Positions 54,839 through 60,333 of a stretch of 60,333 nt of DNA are shown here, in pieces. The notes below the pieces were generated by a model, which was not told the DNA's origin, searched no databases, and saw only the letters and a program-made list of their open reading frames with translations. The stretch is taken from contig DAOOKJ010000003.1 of NCBI GenBank assembly GCA_035385585.1, positions 1-60,333 of the forward strand. Reading direction: 5' to 3'. The position numbers and the translations under genes are program-made. This stretch comes from Minisyncoccota bacterium. GTDB lineage: Bacteria; Patescibacteriota; Minisyncoccia; UBA6257. The stretch's first letter is position 1. The number at the start of each line of letters is the position of its first letter.

Positions 54839-55450
54839 TTATTGACCTTGTATTAAAACTAAAGAACCCTTATGCCCTGGAATTGCCCCTTTAAAATAAA
54901 GAAGATTTTTTTCCTTATCTATTTTAATTATCGGCACATTTTTTAAAGTAATTCTTTTTAAACCTGTATGGCCTGCCATTTTTCTTCCTTTTGTCACATG
55001 CTGAGGGTGAGTAGCACCAATTGAACCTGGTGCTCGCAATCTATCTTTAGTGCCATGAGAAGCATCGCTGCCATGAAAACCGTATCTTTTGACCACCCCT
55101 TGAAAACCTTTACCTTTGCTAATTCCTATAACTTTCACTTTATCTCCTTCCTTAAAAACATCAACTTTAATCTCATCGCCAACTTTGACTTCTTTAATTA
55201 AATTCTCATCTATTTTAAATTCTTTTAGATAGCGGAAATTTCCTAAATCTTTCAAGTGACCCCTTAAAGGTTTATTTATATTCTTTTTTGTTCCATATCC
55301 TACTTGGGCTGCCGAATATCCATCCTTTTGAATAGTTTTTATTTGGGTAATTTTAACCGGTCCAGTTTTAACTACGGTTACTGGAATAACTTTTCCTTCC
55401 TCGTCAAATACTTCTGACATTTTTTCTTTTGTTCCTAAAATAATTTTCAT
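54839..55450 (-). CDS. rplC: 50S ribosomal protein L3
   Basis: Start at MKIILGTKEKMSEVF, as in typical L3; the track ORF has 17 extra codons. FQGVVKRYGF motif. Confidence 0.93.
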   Translation of the reverse strand: MKIILGTKEKMSEVFDEEGKVIPVTVVKTGPVKITQIKTIQKDGYSAAQVGYGTKKNINKPLRGHLKDLGNFRYLKEFKIDENLIKEVKVGDEIKVDVFKEGDKVKVIGISKGKGFQGVVKRYGFHGSDASHGTKDRLRAPGSIGATHPQHVTKGRKMAGHTGLKRITLKNVPIIKIDKEKNLLYFKGAIPGHKGSLVLIQGQ

Positions 55451-55514
55451 ACTAATGTAATTAAAACTCATTGAAAAACTGGGCTTGAGCCCAGTTTTCA
55501 TTCCTTTTTCTTTT

Positions 55515-55850
55515 CTACATCTTTACCTCTATTTCCACTCCTGCTGGTAAACTCAAATTTGATAAGGCTTCAATTATTTTCTGGTTTGGATTAAGGATTT
55601 CTATTAGGCGCTTATGAATTCTCATTTCAAACTGTTCTCTCGCATCCTTTTTAATAAAGGTAGCACGATTTACTGTATAACGACGAGTTTCAGTTGGTAG
55701 AGGGATTGGGCCATTAGATTCCCCTCCCTGTCTTATAACTGCTTCAATAATCTGAGAACAAGAGTTATCCAAAATTCGATGGTCATAACCCTTAATTTTA
55801 ATTCTAATCTTTGACTGAGCTTCAGTTTTTATCCTTTTAGAATCTGCCAC
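55515..55850 (-). CDS. rpsJ: 30S ribosomal protein S10
   Basis: IRIKIKGYDHRILD...GPIPLPT pattern. Confidence 0.95.
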   Translation of the reverse strand: MADSKRIKTEAQSKIRIKIKGYDHRILDNSCSQIIEAVIRQGGESNGPIPLPTETRRYTVNRATFIKKDAREQFEMRIHKRLIEILNPNQKIIEALSNLSLPAGVEIEVKM

Positions 55851-55931
55851 AAATTAAATTTTAAATTTTTAATTTCTCAAATTATTTGCAGGAATTAAAT
55901 GCATTTTATATTTCAATTACTAAATAAATTC

Positions 55932-57131
55932 CTATTTTATTATCTTTGTTACTACTCCGGCGCCGACAGTTCTTCCTCCTTCTCTAATAGCGAATCTTGA
56001 ACCTTCATCTAAGGCAACCGGCACTATTAATTTCACTGTAAATTTAACATTATCGCCCGGCATTACCATTTCCACTCCTTCCGGTAAAGTAACTTCTCCG
56101 GTTACATCAGCGGTGCGAATATAAAATTGAGGTTTATAGCCAGTGAAAAACGGAGTGTGCCTGCCCCCTTCTTCTTTGGTCAAAATATATGCTTCTGCTT
56201 CAAATTCGGTATGGGGAGTAATTGAACCGGGCTTGGCAATTATTTGCCCCCTTCTTACATCTTCTTTTTTAGTTCCTCTCATTAGTAATCCGACATTATC
56301 CCCAGCCATTGCCTCATCCATGCTCTTATTGAACATCTCAATTCCCGTAACAACTGTTTTTATTGTCGGCCGATAACCTATAATTTCTACTTCATCATTA
56401 AGTTTTAATTTTCCTCTTTCTACTCTTCCGGTAACAACTGTTCCCCGACCCTCGATTGAGAAAATATCTTCTATTGGCATTAAAAATGGTTTATCTACAT
56501 CTCGCACTGGATCTGGAAGATAAGTATCAATAGCGTTTAATAATTCTAAAATTGGTTTAACTGCTTCATCGTCTAAAGAAGTTGCTTCTAATGCTTTTAA
56601 AGCCGAACCCCGAATAACTGGCACTTCTTTGCCGGGAAAACCATGCTTTGTTAAAAGTTCTCTCACTTCTGTTTCCACTAAATCAATCATTTCTTTATCA
56701 TCTACCATATCAACTTTATTTAAGAAAACAACCATTGCCGGCACGCCAACTTGTTTTGCTAAAAGAATGTGTTCATAAGTTTGAGGCATTGGACCATCAG
56801 CTGCAGAAACTACCAAAATCGCTCCATCCATCTGGGCAGAACCGGTAATCATATTTTTAATATAATCAATATGCCCCGGGCAATCAATATGAGCATAATG
56901 CCTCTTATCAGTTTCGTATTCTGAATGATGAACATTAATGGTAATGCCCCGATTTTTTTCTTCAGGCGCATTATCAATTTCATTAACATTTAAACTTCTT
57001 TTCGCTAAACCCTTCAAATAAAGAACATGGGAAATAGCAGCGGTCAAAGTGGTTTTGCCATGATCAATATGACCAATCGTTCCAATATTCATATGGGGCT
57101 TAGTTCTCACAAATTTTTCTTTTTCTGCCAT
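55932..57131 (-). CDS. tuf: Elongation factor Tu
   Basis: [19 protein letters not shown] motifs. Full-length EF-Tu. Confidence 0.98.
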   Translation of the reverse strand: MAEKEKFVRTKPHMNIGTIGHIDHGKTTLTAAISHVLYLKGLAKRSLNVNEIDNAPEEKNRGITINVHHSEYETDKRHYAHIDCPGHIDYIKNMITGSAQMDGAILVVSAADGPMPQTYEHILLAKQVGVPAMVVFLNKVDMVDDKEMIDLVETEVRELLTKHGFPGKEVPVIRGSALKALEATSLDDEAVKPILELLNAIDTYLPDPVRDVDKPFLMPIEDIFSIEGRGTVVTGRVERGKLKLNDEVEIIGYRPTIKTVVTGIEMFNKSMDEAMAGDNVGLLMRGTKKEDVRRGQIIAKPGSITPHTEFEAEAYILTKEEGGRHTPFFTGYKPQFYIRTADVTGEVTLPEGVEMVMPGDNVKFTVKLIVPVALDEGSRFAIREGGRTVGAGVVTKIIK

Positions 57132-57279
57132 ATTATTTTTTTTATTTTTTTTCCCTTACATGAAAAAGATTGGTTTTTTTTATGTAAGAGGTTTTTAATT
57201 CTTTTTAAAACGACCTTAATTTATATTATTTAATTTATATTATCTTAAAGCATTTATTAAAAAAAGTCAAATTTTAAAA

Positions 57280-59379
57280 CTATTTTTTACCTTCAATAAT
57301 TTGCTGACTAACATTTGGAGGCACTTCCTCGTAGTGATCAAATTCCATAGTAAAAGTTCCTCTTCCCTCGGTCATTGAGCGTAATTTTGTGGCATAACCG
57401 AACATTTCTCCCAAAGGAACCATTGCATCAATCACTTTCATCATCCCCCTTTCATACATTTCATTTATCTTTCCTCTTTTTGCCGATAAATCCCCAATAA
57501 CGTCGCCTAAAAATTGCTCTGGAATAACAACTTCAACTTTCATAATCGGCTCTATAAGCACTGGTTTTGCTCTTTTTGCTCCATCCTGAAAAGCCATTGA
57601 ACCGGCAATCTTAAAAGCAAAATCAGAAGAATCAACTTCATGAAATGAACCATCATATAAAGTAACCCTTACATCGGTCACTGGATAACCGGCAATAATT
57701 CCTTTTTCCATTGCCTCCTTTACTCCTTTTTCTACTGCCGGAATAAATTCTTGAGGAATAATTCCGCCTTTAATTCGGTTAACAAATTCAAAACCCTTTC
57801 CTCTTTCAAGCGGTTCTATTTTAAGCCAAACATGACCATATTGACCACGACCGCCAGATTGACGAATATATTTCCCTTCGCTTTCAACTTCGCTTCTAAC
57901 TGTTTCTTTATAGGCGACCTGAGGTTTACCAGTCTTTACATTTACATTGAATTCCCTTTTCATCCTATCAACCAAAACCTCAAGGTGAAGTTCACCCATG
58001 CCAGAAATAATTGTCTCAAGCGTCTCTTGATCTGTTTTTACTTGAAAAGTCGGGTCCTCTTCAGAAAGTTTTTTCAAAACTAAACTCATTTTTTCCTGAT
58101 CTGCTTTTGTTTCTGGTTCAACTTTCATTGAAATCACTGGCTCAGGAAAACTAATTTTTTCTAAAATAATTGGATTATTGGGGTCGCATAAAGTATCTCC
58201 AGTCATTGTTTCTTTTAAACCGACAGTGGCAGCAATATCGCCGGCCTCAATTTCTTCAATTTCTTCACGATGATTGGCATGCATTCTTAATAGCCTTCCA
58301 ATTCTTTCTTGAGAATTTTTAGTGGCGTTTAAAACATAATTTCCTTTTTTAAATTGGCCGGAGTAAACTCTAAAATAAGTTAAAACGCCTACATAAGGAT
58401 CGGCTGAGGCTTTAAAAACCAAAGCAGCGAATGGTTCAGAAACCGAAGGTTTTCTAGTAATTTTTTCCCCGGTTTTCGGGTCAGTTCCTTCAACCGCCTC
58501 TAAATCAATCGGCGATGGTAAATACTCAACAATCGCATCAATTACTGGTTGAACTCCTTTATTTCTAAAAGAAGCGCCAGTTAAAACTGGGACAATCTTT
58601 CCTTCAATTGTCGTTTTTCTTAAAATTTTTCTTAATTCTTCTTCAGTTGGTTCTTGACCCTCAAAAAATTTATGCATCAAAGTTTCATCTTCGGCGCTTA
58701 TTTTTTCAATTAATTCTTTGTGCCATTTTAAAGCCGATTCTTTTAAGTTTTCCGGAATTTCTTTCAAGACAATCTTTTCTCCGTTATCCCCTTCAAAATA
58801 AACCGCCTTCATTAAAATTAAATCAATTATTCCTTCTAATTTATCTTCCGCTCCAATCGGAATATTAATAGGCTGGGCATTTATTGTTAATCTCTCTCTA
58901 ATTGTTTTTAAACTAAATTCAAAATTAGCGCCAATCCTATCCATTTTATTAATATAACACATTCGCGGAACTTTAAACTTGTCTGCCTGATGCCAAACTG
59001 TCTCTGACTGGGGTTCTACTCCCTGAACGCCATCAAAAATCACTACTGCCCCGTCCAAAACTCTTAAAGAGCGCTGGACCTCGGCAGTAAAATCAATATG
59101 ACCAGGAGTATCAATAATATTGATTCTTGTTTTATAACTGTTATCATTTCCTCTATAAGTTGGAATCCAAAAACAAGTCGTCGCCGCAGAAGTAATAGTA
59201 ATTCCTCTTTCTCTTTCCTGCGGCATCCAATCCATCACTGTTGTTCCTTCGTCTATATCTCCTATTTTGTGAGAAATGCCAGTATAATACAAAACCCGCT
59301 CGGTAGTCGTAGTTTTACCAGCATCAATATGAGCAATAAAACCAATATTCCTAATTTTATCTATAGGATATTTTCCCAT
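57280..59379 (-). CDS. fusA: Elongation factor G
   Basis: [21 protein letters not shown], and five-domain length of 699 aa. Confidence 0.98.
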   Translation of the reverse strand: MGKYPIDKIRNIGFIAHIDAGKTTTTERVLYYTGISHKIGDIDEGTTVMDWMPQERERGITITSAATTCFWIPTYRGNDNSYKTRINIIDTPGHIDFTAEVQRSLRVLDGAVVIFDGVQGVEPQSETVWHQADKFKVPRMCYINKMDRIGANFEFSLKTIRERLTINAQPINIPIGAEDKLEGIIDLILMKAVYFEGDNGEKIVLKEIPENLKESALKWHKELIEKISAEDETLMHKFFEGQEPTEEELRKILRKTTIEGKIVPVLTGASFRNKGVQPVIDAIVEYLPSPIDLEAVEGTDPKTGEKITRKPSVSEPFAALVFKASADPYVGVLTYFRVYSGQFKKGNYVLNATKNSQERIGRLLRMHANHREEIEEIEAGDIAATVGLKETMTGDTLCDPNNPIILEKISFPEPVISMKVEPETKADQEKMSLVLKKLSEEDPTFQVKTDQETLETIISGMGELHLEVLVDRMKREFNVNVKTGKPQVAYKETVRSEVESEGKYIRQSGGRGQYGHVWLKIEPLERGKGFEFVNRIKGGIIPQEFIPAVEKGVKEAMEKGIIAGYPVTDVRVTLYDGSFHEVDSSDFAFKIAGSMAFQDGAKRAKPVLIEPIMKVEVVIPEQFLGDVIGDLSAKRGKINEMYERGMMKVIDAMVPLGEMFGYATKLRSMTEGRGTFTMEFDHYEEVPPNVSQQIIEGKK

Positions 59380-59391
59380 GATTTATTTCCT

Positions 59392-59865
59392 CTATAGTCT
59401 TCTCGCCAAAGAAGCAAAGGCTTTATTGGCTTCGGCCATTCTTTCAGTGTCGGCTTTCTTTTTGATTGCCAACCCTTCGTTTTGATAAGCAGCGATTAAT
59501 TCCTCGGCTAATTTTTCCGCCATTGGTTTTCCTTTTTTCGCCCTACTAAATTGAATAATCCACTTAGAGGCCAAAGTAGTTTTACGATAATCCGGCACTG
59601 GTCGAGGAATCTGGTAATTGGCGCCGCCAATTCTTCTTGTTATTAGTTCCAATTCAGGTGAAGCATTTTCAATTGCTATTTTAAAAACACTGACAGGATC
59701 TTTTTTTGTTTTTTCTTTAATGATATCTAAAGCTTTATACATTACTTTTTGTGCCATTGTCTTTTTTCCATCCTTCATTAAATAGTTAATAAACCTTGTG
59801 ACTGAGGGTTCTTTATAAACCAAATCGGGTTCGTATTCTTTTTCTTGCCTGTGTTTTCTCCGCAT
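59392..59865 (-). CDS. rpsG: 30S ribosomal protein S7
   Basis: S7 pattern LMKDGKK..A and an ending ...KAFASLARRL. Sits between rpsL and fusA. Confidence 0.95.
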   Translation of the reverse strand: MRRKHRQEKEYEPDLVYKEPSVTRFINYLMKDGKKTMAQKVMYKALDIIKEKTKKDPVSVFKIAIENASPELELITRRIGGANYQIPRPVPDYRKTTLASKWIIQFSRAKKGKPMAEKLAEELIAAYQNEGLAIKKKADTERMAEANKAFASLARRL

Positions 59866-59908
59866 AATTTTAAAGAATTATGAATTTTGAATTTTTTCTA
59901 ATGAATTT

Positions 59909-60319
59909 CTATTTATTTTTCTTTACTCCGTATTTGCTCCTTTGCTGTTTTCTGTTCTCCACTCCCGCCGTGTCATATTTTCCCCTTACAATATGATATC
60001 TTACTCCTGGTAAATCCTTAACCCTGCCCCCTCTTACTAAAACAATAGAATGTTCTTGCAAATTATGACCCTCGCCTGGAATATAAGCAGTAATTTCTTG
60101 GCCATTAGACAATCTTACTCTCGCAACTTTTCTTAAAGCAGAGTTTGGCTTCTTGGGGGTAGTGGTGAAAACCCTGACGCAAACTCCTTTTTTAAAAGAT
60201 GAAGGAAAATCTTTTGGTCTATTTTTTTTCACATTAAAACCAAAAGAAAGAGCAACTGCTTTGCTCTTTTTTATAATAGGTTTTCTTCCTTTTCTAATCA
60301 ACTGCGTTAATGTTGGCAT
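59909..60319 (-). CDS. rpsL: 30S ribosomal protein S12
   Basis: [12 protein letters not shown] start, [10 protein letters not shown], and GVRYHIVRG motifs. Confidence 0.97.
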   Translation of the reverse strand: MPTLTQLIRKGRKPIIKKSKAVALSFGFNVKKNRPKDFPSSFKKGVCVRVFTTTPKKPNSALRKVARVRLSNGQEITAYIPGEGHNLQEHSIVLVRGGRVKDLPGVRYHIVRGKYDTAGVENRKQQRSKYGVKKNK

Positions 60320-60333
60320 TTGAATAATTACTT

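Noticed and set aside
528-59397. The remaining plus-strand ORFs in the track that lie opposite strong minus-strand genes (for example 528-764, 825-1193, 1925-2239, 3023-3232, 6636-6860 on the minus strand opposite cysS, 8093-8287, 12726-13203, 14265-14501, 23199-23393, 27616-27843, 30006-31355, 34956-35189, 36826-37225, 41751-41975, 44921-45244, 46386-46616, 47027-48026, 48940-49134, 51676-51882, 52812-53012, 54157-54414, 56143-59397).
   Set aside because: Each is fully embedded antisense to a gene with clear family motifs, and the sequences are low-complexity and typical of AT-rich antisense frames.

Overview
This 60.3-kb AT-rich window is coded almost entirely on the minus strand. It looks like a small-genome Patescibacteria/CPR-type bacterium: S5 abuts L15 with no room for L30, the S10-spc-secY-adk-map block is compact, and host start codons lack Shine-Dalgarno (SD) sequences. 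Recognisable core content: hrcA-grpE-dnaK with a CIRCE operator, a corA-like gene, cysS, dnaB, recR, rplU, mraZ-rsmH-ftsL-ftsI, rplJ-rplL, mnmA, lepA, murJ, an enlarged RNase P RNA, pgk, tpiA, rpsL-rpsG-fusA-tuf, the ribosomal-protein operon, and four tRNAs (Glu, Val, Thr, Gly). The unusual part lies at about 10.0-22.65 kb, between rplU/tRNA-Glu and ftsI. It has two layers. (i) 10.0-16.2 kb has host-like composition and holds ORFans mixed with gene wreckage: a truncated GIY-YIG gene, a decapitated and tail-less NAD(P)HX-dehydratase fragment, and a decayed paralog fragment. (ii) 16.2-22.6 kb is visibly richer in G+C and about half non-coding. Six co-directional ORFans there, including two paralogous two-TM mini-proteins missed by the 60-aa ORF cutoff, each start 5-8 nt after an AAGGAGG/AAGGAGA SD. 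A conserved multi-hairpin RNA module separates most of them (5 copies, two inside a perfect 239-bp direct repeat). Two tandem consensus promoters fire into a ~0.9-kb ORF-free, hairpin-dense leader, and an attenuator-like set of mutually exclusive helices ends in an intrinsic terminator. I cannot assign a function. I flag it as a candidate RNA-scaffolded cassette island of foreign origin. All calls come from reading the sequence and motif recall; no database search was run.
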